Part shown: positions 9,954-21,242 of the stretch, piece after piece
Position numbering within the stretch: position 1 is the first letter of the stretch
Layout of the letters: every line of letters starts with the position of its first letter
NCBI GenBank assembly: GCA_029856145.1
Contig: JAHQWK010000016.1
Coordinates: forward strand, 91,264-155,263
Length of the DNA: 64,000 nucleotides
Direction: 5' to 3'
Source: Promethearchaeia archaeon
GTDB taxonomy: Archaea; Asgardarchaeota; Lokiarchaeia; Sigyniarchaeales; SOKP01
Translations under genes and position numbers: made by a program
Notes under the pieces: generated by a model
What the model was told of the DNA's origin: nothing
Databases searched by the model: none
The model's input: only the letters and a program-made list of their open reading frames with translations

Positions 9954-11105
9954 TCAATTCTCTATCTCAAATATAATCTTAAGATATTCATACTTAAAAT
10001 TAAGCAATTTAAGTATTTTTTTAACAAATAATCTTAAATTTTTTACTTGGATGGGCTTTTCATTTTTTTGTTTGAGTAAAAACTCGTGTATCATATTTCT
10101 GGTTGCATCTGGACCTTCTTTTTCGAGATACTCCATCCAATGGATTGAAGCTCTACAAATTCGCTTTAGCGCTTCATCCGGGTACTCCTTTTTATTAAAA
10201 ATTTTGTCATAGTATTTATCTAAAGCAATACTTACCCTTTCTAAGTGATCGACAATTCCCAATGAATATCGACATAGACTAATTAGATTTGAAGTAATTC
10301 TTTTGTTTCTCGTATTAGTTGCGGCCTCAAAAGATTCGCATACATCGTTCCACTCATCTTTATTTGGTCCTTCTAAACCATCATTAAATAAAGCGACATT
10401 AATTATATCGCTTAAATCTACATCGTGTCCTCTCTTTAATTTCTTATTAAAAATCTCTTTTAAATTAGTCCCTTCTAAATAGCTTCCAGCACCAAAATCA
10501 AGTAATTGATTCAGATTATTTGCAGCACAAAGTGCTTCATGTCTTACTTCTCCTGTATCTGGATTAACCCAATCCACTTTTTTTTCCCATTCACCAGTTT
10601 CTTTAATCTTTATCCAGCCACATTCTTTTAAAGCATGGTCTAAAACGCTTATTTGAAAACACCAAAAATCAATATCATCAGTAAAGCGTTTTCTTCTCCA
10701 ATCTCTTGTAGTATATTTCCCCAAGTATAACTTCAAAGTGCCTCGCAACATTGCTTTTTTTCCATCTTTTAATGCCAATTTAGCATTATCACAGTAAAGA
10801 TTGCTTGAATCTTCCGAACAGGAAACAATATGATTTAAAACTTTTCTAGCTTCTGTTACAACAATATCACACGGAATTCTCCCATCAGAAGGATATTCTC
10901 TTGATCCACCGTCTAAAAACTTTTTAAATAATTCCAATTCATTATCAGGTATATTGTACCAGGGATTATTAAACATAAGTTTACTGAATACGTAGTGGGT
11001 AAAACCATTTTCATCCACTTTAGTTTTATCACGCAAAGGAGAAACATCTCTTAGTTTATCTTCTTTTTGGACAGCATCGGCTTTAATATCCCAAATTGTA
11101 CTCAT
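9954..11105 (-). CDS. Hypothetical protein with putative Pol-beta-superfamily nucleotidyltransferase motif (AbiEii-like)
   Basis: LRGTLKLYL...RFTDDIDF and downstream KLKRGHDVDLSDI resemble the G-x-A-L...R-x-T-x-DID and K...R-x-x-D-x-x-D pattern. Confidence 0.45.
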   Translation of the reverse strand: MSTIWDIKADAVQKEDKLRDVSPLRDKTKVDENGFTHYVFSKLMFNNPWYNIPDNELELFKKFLDGGSREYPSDGRIPCDIVVTEARKVLNHIVSCSEDSSNLYCDNAKLALKDGKKAMLRGTLKLYLGKYTTRDWRRKRFTDDIDFWCFQISVLDHALKECGWIKIKETGEWEKKVDWVNPDTGEVRHEALCAANNLNQLLDFGAGSYLEGTNLKEIFNKKLKRGHDVDLSDIINVALFNDGLEGPNKDEWNDVCESFEAATNTRNKRITSNLISLCRYSLGIVDHLERVSIALDKYYDKIFNKKEYPDEALKRICRASIHWMEYLEKEGPDATRNMIHEFLLKQKNEKPIQVKNLRLFVKKILKLLNFKYEYLKIIFEIEN

Positions 11106-11193
11106 ACAAAATATTATATTGAATGTGATTTTTAAAAATTACCAATTTAAAATATAAAATCAATTTTTTATTTATACACCATTTAGATATTAT

Positions 11194-11865
11194 ATGAGCA
11201 ATTTTTTTAAAATCTATACTTTAACCCCCTGGGATTCACTAAATTCAAAAATATTAACAGAAGTGAAATTACATTCATTGAAAAATATATTTAAGACATT
11301 TCCCGTAATTGAACCAGAGTTTTTTGATGATATACTCACAAACCTATATAATTTCAAACATTATTCATGGGTTGAAAGCATTAAAAGAGTAGTTGGTCCT
11401 AACGCTGAGGATTATGATATAAAGCCATGGAATTTTCTGTGGGGGATGGATAATGATAGAAGAATCTACCAGCTACTTATACAAAAAATAGAAGAAAAAG
11501 CAATTTTAGTTGCTCTGGCTCCTCCAGAATTAGGGAAATTGTTTACACAATATAAAAAAGAAGCTATATTACGCACTTTATCCTTATTAAATAGTCCAAA
11601 TAAAATGAAATTTTTAATGGTTTTAGCACCTAAAGGAAAATCCATCGCTGAAGAACAACAATTACTCCAAGTAAATAAAAAAGATTTAGAAAAATTGAAA
11701 TTTAATAATATGCTTAAACAGATGCCGAATATTAAAGGACAATGGTTTCCCGAGCATTCCCCACGTTGTCCAAACTGCAACAAGCTGATTACAGAGATAA
11801 AGGGTTTTAATGTGGGATTTGCTAAATTCATATGTCCTTATTGTGGATATCAAAAAAATAAGTAA
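11194..11865 (+). CDS. Hypothetical protein with C-terminal zinc ribbon
   Basis: CPNC...CPYCG at the C-terminus; 223-aa ORF with ATG. Confidence 0.7.
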   Translation: MSNFFKIYTLTPWDSLNSKILTEVKLHSLKNIFKTFPVIEPEFFDDILTNLYNFKHYSWVESIKRVVGPNAEDYDIKPWNFLWGMDNDRRIYQLLIQKIEEKAILVALAPPELGKLFTQYKKEAILRTLSLLNSPNKMKFLMVLAPKGKSIAEEQQLLQVNKKDLEKLKFNNMLKQMPNIKGQWFPEHSPRCPNCNKLITEIKGFNVGFAKFICPYCGYQKNK

Positions 11866-11964
11866 AACAGACATTTTTATTAAAATCCTTTATAATGATT
11901 TTTATTAGATAATTTGATATATATCTTATTAATAAAACTTATATTAATAGAATATATCTCAATC

Positions 11965-13500
11965 ATGTTTGTTGCAGCGTTGGATTTAGGAACAACAGGA
12001 TGCAGAACATATATTTTTGATTTATCGGGTACGATAATCGCTAGTGATTATCAAGAGTGGCAAAGTTTTTACCCTTCTCCATCATTTGTAGAGCAAGATG
12101 CCAATATTTGGTGGGAATCTATTAAAATAACTATAGAAAATGCAATTAAAAAGAGTGGTATTGATAAAACAGATATTGTGAGTCTTTCTGTAACAAATCA
12201 AAGAGAAACAATTGTACCTGTTGATAAAGATGGAAATCCACTTCATAATGCATTAGTCTGGCAAGATAGGCGGACAATAGATCAAGTAGAATATATTAAA
12301 ACCAAAGTTGGTATTGATAAAATTTATGAAACGACAGGATTGACAATAGATCCTTATTTCTCTGCAACAAAAATATTGTGGTTTAAAGTGGAGAAACCAG
12401 AGATATATCAAAAAACTCATAAGTTTTTGCTTGTTTCAGATTTCATTATACACAAGTTAACAGGTAAATTCTGTACAGATTTTTCAAATGCTTCACGGAC
12501 AATGTTATTTGATATCAATGAATTAAAATATTCTGATAAAATTGCATCTGAATTGGAAATAGATTTAGATAAAATGCCAGATGCATTAGAGAGTGGTGTT
12601 GATATCGGAGAAATTGAAACAGAGGAAACGTTATTTGATAAAAAAACTTTAGTTATAACAGGTGCGGGAGATCAGCAATCAGCAGCTCTAGGTGTTGGAG
12701 TTGTAACTCCTGGGAAAATTAAGTGCACAACAGGAACAGGAAGTTTTATTTTAGCTTATTTATCCCAACCAAAATATGACCCTATGAAGCGAGTATTATG
12801 TAGTTGTCATGCAGTTCCAGGTACATGGGTGCAAGAAGCAAGTATTTTTACAAGTGGAGCGGTATTAAGATGGGTTAGAGATCAATTAGGATATGCAGAA
12901 TGCGTTGCAGTTCAAGAAGGTCAAGATCCATACGAATCGATTACTGCTGAAGCAAAGAAATCATCTATTGGAGCAAATGGTTTGCTTTTAATTCCCCACT
13001 TTGTTGGTTCTGGAGCACCGCATTGGAATCCGCATGCAAAAGGTATTATTTTTGGATTAGCTTTAGGACATGAACGAAAAGATCTATATAGAGCAGTACT
13101 TGAGGGTGTAGCTTACGAGATACGAAAAAACATTGAAGTCTTCAAAGAATTAGGAATTACGCCAAAAGAATTAATGCTAACAGGTGGAGGCTCTCGTTCT
13201 GATTTTTGGAATCAGATTTATGCTGATGTATTAGGAATAACTTGTGTTAGAAATGTTATTGAAGAATCAACATCATTAGGTGCTGCGATATTAGCTGCTT
13301 CGGGAGCAGGAATCTTTCCAGATATAGCTAAAGCAGCCGAGAATTTATGTAAAATCGATAAAAAGTGGCTTCCTAACGATGAACGGCATAAATTATATGA
13401 AAAATTTTATAATTTCTCTTATGAAATGTATGAATTGATAAATAGCAGAAATATGTACAAGAAATTCGATGAGATAATTCAAAATAAAGAATTTGCGTAA
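11965..13500 (+). CDS. FGGY-family carbohydrate kinase (xylulose/glycerol kinase-like)
   Basis: DLGTTG, TNQRET, WQDRR, GDQQ, TGTG, GGGSRS; start moved to ATG at 11965 (MFVAALD). Confidence 0.9.
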   Translation: MFVAALDLGTTGCRTYIFDLSGTIIASDYQEWQSFYPSPSFVEQDANIWWESIKITIENAIKKSGIDKTDIVSLSVTNQRETIVPVDKDGNPLHNALVWQDRRTIDQVEYIKTKVGIDKIYETTGLTIDPYFSATKILWFKVEKPEIYQKTHKFLLVSDFIIHKLTGKFCTDFSNASRTMLFDINELKYSDKIASELEIDLDKMPDALESGVDIGEIETEETLFDKKTLVITGAGDQQSAALGVGVVTPGKIKCTTGTGSFILAYLSQPKYDPMKRVLCSCHAVPGTWVQEASIFTSGAVLRWVRDQLGYAECVAVQEGQDPYESITAEAKKSSIGANGLLLIPHFVGSGAPHWNPHAKGIIFGLALGHERKDLYRAVLEGVAYEIRKNIEVFKELGITPKELMLTGGGSRSDFWNQIYADVLGITCVRNVIEESTSLGAAILAASGAGIFPDIAKAAENLCKIDKKWLPNDERHKLYEKFYNFSYEMYELINSRNMYKKFDEIIQNKEFA

Positions 13501-13593
13501 AAACTGAAATTAATTCATAATAAACAATTTTATATACTTAAAATGTTATTTTTTCTATAATTAAAACTACTTGCAGAGAAGAAAAAGAAAAAA

Positions 13594-14211
13594 GTGAACG
13601 AAATGGAGCATGAATCTTCAAGTTTAACTAAAGAATATAGGAAAGGCCAGAAAGTTATATCAATGATATTTTTCATTTTAATAGTTATTGCCAGTATAAT
13701 TACTCTGGGGGGCATTGTTTGGACCTTTGCGGATATCTTTATCGGCACAACAGGAAAATGGGAAGCATTTTTAACACTAAATTTGGGATATCAGATAGCT
13801 ATCATTGGGGGACTTTTAGCGGGTATGTTTTTTTTGCTAATCTTCTTTTTTGGATTATTCAAAAAAACTTCACGTTCGTTGATTCATTTTATTTATAAAA
13901 AGAGGGAGCTTGAAGAAAAATATAAAAATCGTACAGACGTTAAAATTGCAGCATGGGGATTATTAATCAGCTTAATTGGTATTATTATTGGAATGATTTT
14001 TGCAATTATTGTAGATATTTTTGCTAGTGGTTCAGGAGACCCATCAACAATTTTAACTCTATTAGGAAGTACAGGCCCCCGAGTGCTATTTATAGGAATT
14101 GGACTCTTTATGCTTGTTGGTATTGCCCTTTTCATGATTTACTTTTGGAAGAACGGGTACTACCTTATTCTCCGCATTATGGGTAAGTTGGAAAGGAGTA
14201 ATAATACTTAA
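13594..14211 (+). CDS. Four-helix integral membrane hypothetical protein
   Basis: Four hydrophobic segments arranged as two similar hairpins. Confidence 0.7.
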   Translation: MNEMEHESSSLTKEYRKGQKVISMIFFILIVIASIITLGGIVWTFADIFIGTTGKWEAFLTLNLGYQIAIIGGLLAGMFFLLIFFFGLFKKTSRSLIHFIYKKRELEEKYKNRTDVKIAAWGLLISLIGIIIGMIFAIIVDIFASGSGDPSTILTLLGSTGPRVLFIGIGLFMLVGIALFMIYFWKNGYYLILRIMGKLERSNNT

Positions 14212-14351
14212 CAGTCTTTATTCATCCAATCAATCCTATTTTTTTTAATTAAATTAGAAATCTTTTACTCTTTTATTTTTTTTATATAAATTTATTCTCT
14301 AATAAATTCAAATCAGTATTTTAATCGATCTAATAACGCCAATTTGATAAT

Positions 14352-15875
14352 ATGGCTATTAAAGTTGGAACTGTTTTTAATTATTTACAATTGCCTAATG
14401 TATCTAAGTTCCCTTTTGTTATCAATAAAAGACAAGACAATATTTTTGTTCAAAAAGGATTATTTGTATATACAAAATCAAATGAGGGATTTTTAATTGG
14501 TGTTATCGAAGAAATTATCTTGTTAAATGAATACTTTACTGATGCATTAACAATTAAAGCTTATAATAATAACAATAATCCAAACATTTTAAAAGGACTT
14601 TTTCCAAGTGAAGATTTTGAATTTGCGATTGCTATTGTGAAATGCTTAGGATTAATTAAATTCAAAGACAACAATTTAAAAGAAATTGAGAAAGTTCAAC
14701 GAATGACTTACCCTGCAAGCCCCGGAAAGGGTGTTTATATCGTGGAGGAAGATATCCTTTTTAAATTTCTTGGATTTGATACTGATTATGGGTTAGATCT
14801 TGGACAAGTAAAAGTAACAAATTCCAAAGCGAAAATTAATATGAACAGGTTGCTAAACAAGCATTTTGCTATTCTTTCAATCTCAGGAGGAGGAAAGAGT
14901 TATCTTACTTCAGTTCTTATTGAAGAGCTTTTATCTAGAAATGAGGATTATGGTACTCCAGCTATCATATTGTTTGATGTTCATGGAGAGTATATTTATT
15001 TAAAGGATATCCCTGAATTAAAAAATAAAATAAAAATACAGGATATTTCCTATTTTCAAATTGGAATCCCTAAATTATCAGTTTATTCTTTTAAGAAATA
15101 TCAAGAACAAATTTCATATGTTCAAATAAGAGAACTTTCAAAATATATAAAGAAATTGAAAAGAGATAAAAATAGAAAGAACCAATATACTCTAAATGAC
15201 ATAATTGGACAGATCGAAAATGAAACTGAAGGAAATCGAAGTACAAAACAAGCTTTAGTTGGTTGGTTATCAGAATTAAAACGACTTACTCTATTTGGCT
15301 CTCAAGAAAATCCATTATTAAATAACGTTGTAAACAAACAACAATTAACTATTTTTAACTTTCAAAAAGAAATAAGCATTAGAAAAAAACAAATAATTGT
15401 TGATTATATCTGCAATCGACTATTTGAACTTCGAAGAACAAATAACATTCCTCCATTTTTACTAATTGTAGAGGAAGCACATCAATTTTGTCCTGAAGCG
15501 GCCCATGCTAAAGCAATTTCAAAACCCATAATTGAGATGATAGCTAGAGAAGGAAGGAAATTTATGGCTTGTTTATGCTTAATTAGTCAGAGACCAAAGA
15601 AATTAAGTACTACTGCGTTGTCACAATGCAATTCTAAACTAGTTTTAAACATAAAAAATCCGTATGATTTAAAACATTTAATGGATAGTTCAGAAGCAAT
15701 TACTAAAGAATATACTAGTATGATCTCTAGTTTAGGAGTAGGAGAAATGTTAATAATGGGAAATGCTGTAAATTATCCAGTATTCATCGATGTTAGAGAA
15801 AGAAATTTCAAATCAAAAAGCGAAGAGACATCATTAGCCCAATTTTGCTTAAATTGGCAAAGTAAAGAATTATAG
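14352..15875 (+). CDS. herA: HerA-like ATPase (DUF87/FtsK-HerA family)
   Basis: N-terminal HAS-barrel-like region, HFAILSISGGGKS Walker A, FDVHGEY, VEEAHQF, AREGRKF, SQRP. Confidence 0.85.
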   Translation: MAIKVGTVFNYLQLPNVSKFPFVINKRQDNIFVQKGLFVYTKSNEGFLIGVIEEIILLNEYFTDALTIKAYNNNNNPNILKGLFPSEDFEFAIAIVKCLGLIKFKDNNLKEIEKVQRMTYPASPGKGVYIVEEDILFKFLGFDTDYGLDLGQVKVTNSKAKINMNRLLNKHFAILSISGGGKSYLTSVLIEELLSRNEDYGTPAIILFDVHGEYIYLKDIPELKNKIKIQDISYFQIGIPKLSVYSFKKYQEQISYVQIRELSKYIKKLKRDKNRKNQYTLNDIIGQIENETEGNRSTKQALVGWLSELKRLTLFGSQENPLLNNVVNKQQLTIFNFQKEISIRKKQIIVDYICNRLFELRRTNNIPPFLLIVEEAHQFCPEAAHAKAISKPIIEMIAREGRKFMACLCLISQRPKKLSTTALSQCNSKLVLNIKNPYDLKHLMDSSEAITKEYTSMISSLGVGEMLIMGNAVNYPVFIDVRERNFKSKSEETSLAQFCLNWQSKEL

Positions 15876-16064
15876 TAGTTCAGAAGTTAACCCTTCTCTT
15901 AATGCAGAATTATTTTTTTTAAGAACTATCATTTTTTTGTTTTTTGAAACTCGGAAAACATTAATTATCCCCATGCTTTCTAGTTTCATAAAGAGTTCTT
16001 CTAATAACAATGAATTTACGAATGGAAATTCTTTTCTAAGAAGTTCTTCGAGCCTTTTATCCAA
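15870..16064 (-). CDS. Small hypothetical protein, possible winged-helix fragment
   Basis: TTG start preceded by AAAGGGGA; LESMGII-beta-hairpin pattern; lies downstream of cdc48. Confidence 0.45.
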   Translation of the reverse strand: MDKRLEELLRKEFPFVNSLLLEELFMKLESMGIINVFRVSKNKKMIVLKKNNSALREGLTSELL

Positions 16065-16208
16065 AATTTCCCCTTTATTTTTTATTAATATATCAATTAC
16101 AGAATTTAAGATTGGCTTTTGATTCCATCTATGAGATTCGATTTTGCTTCACCAAAAAATAGAAATTTAATATTTAGAATGTCTTATTTCTAATTAATTT
16201 TATGAATT

Positions 16209-18440
16209 TTAAACAAACAACCTGTCTTCCTTAGATTCTTCAATTCTTCTGGTTTTTAACTTGTCACCAAATTTTACGTACCATTCGATTATTTCGGGTG
16301 TTAATGTAGGGTTAACTATCTTTCTTGCTTCTTTAAAATGCTCTAATGATACTTTTCGCGCTCTAATATTTTCTCTCAAAGCAATCATAGCCGCTTCACG
16401 GCACCAAGTCTCGATATCAGCTCCAGAAAAACCTTCAGTCATATTATTTAAATTCTCCAAAATTATATTACTCGTTAAAGGCATATCTTTAGTAAAAATT
16501 TTTAAAATTTCGAGTCTTCCCTTTTCATCTGGTTTGGAAACAAACAATATGCGATCAATCCTCCCAGGTCGTATTAATGCTGGATCTAAGATATCAGGAC
16601 GGTTAGTGGCCGCAATCACGACTATATCTTTCATAACTTCTAGTCCATCTAATTCCGTTAAAAATTGAGATAACACTTTTTCGGTTACACCAGAGTCTGA
16701 TGTATGTCTACCTCTACTTGGTGCAATTGAATCAAATTCATCAAAAAAAATAATGCAAGGAGATGCCATTTTAGCTTTGCGGAAAATTTCTCTAATCGCT
16801 TTCTCTGATTCTCCTACCCATTTAGATAAGAGTTCCGGACCTTTTATTGATATGAAATTTGCTTGACTTTCAGTTGCTACAGCTCTCGCTAATAAAGTTT
16901 TACCGCAACCAGGTGGACCATAAAGTAGGATTCCTTTTGGGGGTGTTATTCCCATACGAGTAAATATAGTAGGATTTGATATTGGCCATTCTACAGCTTC
17001 ATTTAATTGTTGCTTTAAATCATCCAAACCACCTACTTGATCCCACGGTACATTTGGAACCTCTACAAATACTTCTCTTATTCCAGAAGGTAAGATTTCT
17101 TTTAATGCGTCCTCAAAATCTTCTTTAGTAACTTCGATTTGTTCTAATAATTCTGGATCAATTATTTCTGATTCTAAGTCAATTTTAGGTAAATATCTCC
17201 TTAAAGCTGACATTGCAGCTTCTCGACAAACTGCTGAAATATCCGCTCCTACAAATCCATGAGTTATTTGGGAAAATTCTTTCAATGAAATCTTCTTATC
17301 AAGAGGCATATTTCGCGTATGTATTTGAAATACTTCTCTCCTACCTTTTTCATTTGGAACTTTTATCTCAATTTCACGATCAAACCTCCCTGGGCGTCTT
17401 AATGCGGGATCCAGACTATTTGGTCTATTAGTCGCTCCTATCACAATTACTTTTCCCCTGCCATGTAAGCCATCCATTAATGCTAATAACTGTGCAACAA
17501 CTCTACGTTCTACTTCCCCTGTAACAGTCTCTCTCTTTGGGGCAATAGCATCAATTTCATCTATAAAAATAATAGCAGGACTCTTTTCTTCTGCTTCAAT
17601 AAATATCTTCCTCAATTTCTTTTCAGATTCCCCGTAAAATTTACTCATAATTTCTGGACCATTTATCGAAATGAAATGTGCCTCACTTTCGTTAGCTACC
17701 GCCTTAGCTAATAATGTTTTTCCACAACCAGGTGGTCCTCTTAGAAGAACTCCTTTTGGTGGATCAATCCCTAAATGCTTGAACAACGATGGATGTCGTA
17801 AAGGTAATTCCACCATTTCTCTCACTCGTTGAATTTCTTTATCCAATCCACCAACATCTTCATATGTTATATAATTAAGCCCTCTTTCTTCCTCTTCAAT
17901 GATTCTTTCGCTTAAATTAAGTATTGTATCTTGCTTAATAACACAAACTCCTTTTGGTCTCATACTTATAACTTTGAAAGTGATCTCTCTGCTAATGCCA
18001 ATAGAAATAAAAATATAATCGTCCAATGTAATCGGATAATTATTTAATTTCCTTTTTACAAAACTTTCAAGTCGAGGATCAATTTTTATCGAAAAGTTTG
18101 ATGGAGCTAAAACAACATGTTGGGCAACCTCAGTTTTCACTTTTCGAATTTCAATAGTATCGTCGATTCTAGATCCTGTATTTTTCTGAAGTCTAGAATC
18201 AACACGTACAATTCCTAATCCATTATCTTGAGGATAACTTGGCCATGCGATTCCAGCACTCTCTTTCTTACCATTAACAGAGATGACATCACCAGTTTGA
18301 ATATTTAGCTTTTCCATTGTTTTTGGATCAATTCTTATAATATTGCGTCCAATATCCCTTTTTTTAGCCTTTTGAACACGTAAGGTTACACTAAGTATAT
18401 CATCATCTTTCTCCTTACTATTATTACCTTTTGATGGCAT
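16209..18440 (-). CDS. cdc48: CDC48/VCP (VAT) AAA+ ATPase
   Basis: N-domain plus two AAA modules (GPPGCGKT twice, DEID and DEFD, RPGRFDR and RPGRIDR). Confidence 0.96.
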   Translation of the reverse strand: MPSKGNNSKEKDDDILSVTLRVQKAKKRDIGRNIIRIDPKTMEKLNIQTGDVISVNGKKESAGIAWPSYPQDNGLGIVRVDSRLQKNTGSRIDDTIEIRKVKTEVAQHVVLAPSNFSIKIDPRLESFVKRKLNNYPITLDDYIFISIGISREITFKVISMRPKGVCVIKQDTILNLSERIIEEEERGLNYITYEDVGGLDKEIQRVREMVELPLRHPSLFKHLGIDPPKGVLLRGPPGCGKTLLAKAVANESEAHFISINGPEIMSKFYGESEKKLRKIFIEAEEKSPAIIFIDEIDAIAPKRETVTGEVERRVVAQLLALMDGLHGRGKVIVIGATNRPNSLDPALRRPGRFDREIEIKVPNEKGRREVFQIHTRNMPLDKKISLKEFSQITHGFVGADISAVCREAAMSALRRYLPKIDLESEIIDPELLEQIEVTKEDFEDALKEILPSGIREVFVEVPNVPWDQVGGLDDLKQQLNEAVEWPISNPTIFTRMGITPPKGILLYGPPGCGKTLLARAVATESQANFISIKGPELLSKWVGESEKAIREIFRKAKMASPCIIFFDEFDSIAPSRGRHTSDSGVTEKVLSQFLTELDGLEVMKDIVVIAATNRPDILDPALIRPGRIDRILFVSKPDEKGRLEILKIFTKDMPLTSNIILENLNNMTEGFSGADIETWCREAAMIALRENIRARKVSLEHFKEARKIVNPTLTPEIIEWYVKFGDKLKTRRIEESKEDRLFV

Positions 18441-18539
18441 GATATATTGATTTTTCCATAATTTTATTATTCTAATATTGAGAATTATTAATTTCGTAAA
18501 AGTTTTTGCTTTTTTTTGATTAAGGTTTTTTCTACATTT

Positions 18540-19586
18540 TTAAAAAAAATCATCCAGTGAAACTTGAACTTTTGAAGAATCTAATTTCCTCAATCTATCT
18601 AAAGCATTTTCTACCCTTTGCCGCGAAAAATTGTGTTGTTCTATTAATAATTCTTCCAGTTTATCAAAGTCGATTTTCTTTGGTTTTGATATCTTATAAT
18701 CCTTTTTTACATCAGGATTTAAAAATATATCTTTAATTTGGGTGACTAGTTCTAAGTTTAAAATGATCTCCTTTCCCCCAATTTTAACTTGATTTTTCAA
18801 TATATTTTCTATTGTATCATATTTCCTAATTAAGTCTAGTGCTGTTTTTTGACCAATCCCCTTAATACCTTGAAAAAAATCAGTCCCAATCATTATTCCC
18901 ATCTCAATTAGTTGCTCTCTATTTATTCCAAGATTATTTAAGAATTTGTTTAATGACACATATTCTATATCTAATGTAACAGTTGTATCTCTTACCTTCC
19001 TACTTCGACTTATGGCAAAATTTCTAAGCAATCTTTCTCCTCCAAATAATAAAGTATCGTAATCTTGGGAAGCACACGCCCAAGCATCTCCTTTTTCAAC
19101 TAAATATGCTGATTGAGCTTCTCCTTCAGAGTTAGCTTGAATTATCGGCATTCCCATAAACTCAATCAATTTTTTACTTTCTTCAATCATTCCTGCATCT
19201 AATGTAGATGTTAATTGGGCAAACTTTTTAGCTTCCTTAAAATCCTCATCGTCTTGAGCTTTAATCATTTTCTTCTTAGCTTCAGTTTTTATTTTTTTCC
19301 GTTCTTTTATTGTATCCAGTTTCAATTCAGAAGGGATTCCATCAAAAACATAAATTGGTTTGATAGTGTGCTCCAAAAAATTGATTGATCTATAGAAAAG
19401 TCCAGAAAGATGCGATGTTACATTTCCTTGATAATCCTTTAAAGGAGTTCCATCTCTCTGTCTTATTATTGCTAAAAATTGATAAATTGTGTTAAATGCA
19501 TCAATAGCAATGTTTTTTTTAAAGAGATTTTCAAATGTGATAGTTCTTTTGACTTCGTTTACTAACTCATTTATTTTAACGCCCAT
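18540..19586 (-). CDS. fen: Flap endonuclease 1
   Basis: MGV start, DAFNTIYQFL, TSHLSG, EGEAQ, SQDYD, GTDF; C-terminal PIP box QVSLDDFF. Confidence 0.96.
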   Translation of the reverse strand: MGVKINELVNEVKRTITFENLFKKNIAIDAFNTIYQFLAIIRQRDGTPLKDYQGNVTSHLSGLFYRSINFLEHTIKPIYVFDGIPSELKLDTIKERKKIKTEAKKKMIKAQDDEDFKEAKKFAQLTSTLDAGMIEESKKLIEFMGMPIIQANSEGEAQSAYLVEKGDAWACASQDYDTLLFGGERLLRNFAISRSRKVRDTTVTLDIEYVSLNKFLNNLGINREQLIEMGIMIGTDFFQGIKGIGQKTALDLIRKYDTIENILKNQVKIGGKEIILNLELVTQIKDIFLNPDVKKDYKISKPKKIDFDKLEELLIEQHNFSRQRVENALDRLRKLDSSKVQVSLDDFF

Positions 19587-19656
19587 TTCTTTCTTATTCC
19601 CTATTTTCTATATGTATTTGTGATACAACTTATATAATTACCACTAATATATTATA

Positions 19657-20193
19657 TTATTTCTTTGGTCGTCTTCTTAGTTTTAATCCACAAATTTCAC
19701 AATTTTTATTCAAATCTTCAGCTCTATGAATTTTTTTGCAATAAGGGCAATAAATTTCCCAGATTATTTTAGCTTCAATACCATCTTTATATAAAGAAGA
19801 ATAAGGTATGTTTAGCTCAGAGCAAACATTTTCAATAGTATAATCATTACTATAAATCCTTAGATTTTCTCCTTGCTCTTCTATTAACTCTAAACTTATT
19901 GCTAAAAGCCCCTTATCCGCATCTGATAATGCATTAAAATCCCCTGTATCTTTAGATATTTCACTTATCTTAGTGATATATTCGTTTTTAGGAACTTTTA
20001 TTTTTAATGTTCTGGCTTCAATTGCGGCGTAGATTTTATTTAAAATATTTCTATTCTTTTCTTTATATCTACTATCATTTACTTCCTCAATTATAGAAGG
20101 CGTTGTATAAATGACTCCTTCGATTACATTAAAATCAATTCCAGTTAGGAAAATATTAGTATCAAAAATATAAATTGAAGCTTTTTCTTTCAT
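19657..20193 (-). CDS. nob1: Nob1 rRNA maturation endonuclease (PIN plus zinc ribbon)
   Basis: FDTN, TGD..LSDAD, SNDY, W..YCPYC...CEICG. Confidence 0.9.
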   Translation of the reverse strand: MKEKASIYIFDTNIFLTGIDFNVIEGVIYTTPSIIEEVNDSRYKEKNRNILNKIYAAIEARTLKIKVPKNEYITKISEISKDTGDFNALSDADKGLLAISLELIEEQGENLRIYSNDYTIENVCSELNIPYSSLYKDGIEAKIIWEIYCPYCKKIHRAEDLNKNCEICGLKLRRRPKK

Positions 20194-20245
20194 ATTACTA
20201 TTCTTCGGTTATGCATTATCAGATATTTTATATTCTCCTCAAATA

Positions 20246-21145
20246 TTATTCTTCAGGAGAATCATCAATAGGAACTCTTCTTACAGTACCAATAATTTTC
20301 TTTCTCAATCGTGTATAATAACTTCTACTAAACCGAATAAATTTATTTTGAGAATTTGCTTTACGAATTCTGATTTTAGTATTAGGGGCAATTCTCCTAA
20401 TGATTTGTTGGCCATCTATTACAATTTTCGCATCTAATCGTGGTCTTAATAGCTGAATCTCAATTTCAGAATCAACGGGGACTATTATTGGTTTCAAACC
20501 AGATCCTGCAAAACTATTTAGTGGAGTTATTTGCATAGTTTCCATATTAGGGTTCACAATTGCTCCACCTGCACTTAAATTATAAGCTGTAGATCCCGTA
20601 GGTGTTGAAATTATTACTCCATCTAAATAACTTCGATTTAGAAATACGCCATCAATTCTGATTGACACTTGTAAAACTTTTGAACTTTTAGAAGATACAA
20701 TTAAAACTTCATTCAAGGCATTACTCAATTTAATTTCACCAGAATTTTTAGCTATATAAGCTGTAATTTTAGAACATTTTTCTAACCTAAATTCATCGTT
20801 TAAAACCCTCATTAAATCTTTAAATATCGTTCTTGCATTAGATTCATCTAGAAACCCAATAGAACCAACATTTACTCCCAAAATAGGAGGAGGATTTTGT
20901 TGAGATAAACTACTAGCAACTCTTAATATTGATCCATCTCCACCAACAATCACAATGAATTTAATGTTCTCAGCATTCATTTCACCTAAATCCATACCAT
21001 TATGTGGAAAAATTTTTGGAGCTATTCTCGTTTCCAAATAAACAATTTCACCTTTTTGAACTAAGTATTCAAAAACCCTCCTTGTTAGTTTAATTGCTCT
21101 TTCTGAATCCAATCTACAAGCTAAAGCTATTGGCTTTTTCTCCAT
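20246..21145 (-). CDS. nadK: NAD(+) kinase
   Basis: GGDGS, ALNE, DG..STPTGSTAYNLSAGG. Confidence 0.94.
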   Translation of the reverse strand: MEKKPIALACRLDSERAIKLTRRVFEYLVQKGEIVYLETRIAPKIFPHNGMDLGEMNAENIKFIVIVGGDGSILRVASSLSQQNPPPILGVNVGSIGFLDESNARTIFKDLMRVLNDEFRLEKCSKITAYIAKNSGEIKLSNALNEVLIVSSKSSKVLQVSIRIDGVFLNRSYLDGVIISTPTGSTAYNLSAGGAIVNPNMETMQITPLNSFAGSGLKPIIVPVDSEIEIQLLRPRLDAKIVIDGQQIIRRIAPNTKIRIRKANSQNKFIRFSRSYYTRLRKKIIGTVRRVPIDDSPEE

Positions 21146-21242
21146 AACCCTAGGTTTTTCTATTAAGAATTATAATTTAATCTTGATATAATCTAAAAAA
21201 ATAATGGATAATTAAATTAATAATTGATCTGAACTACTTATA

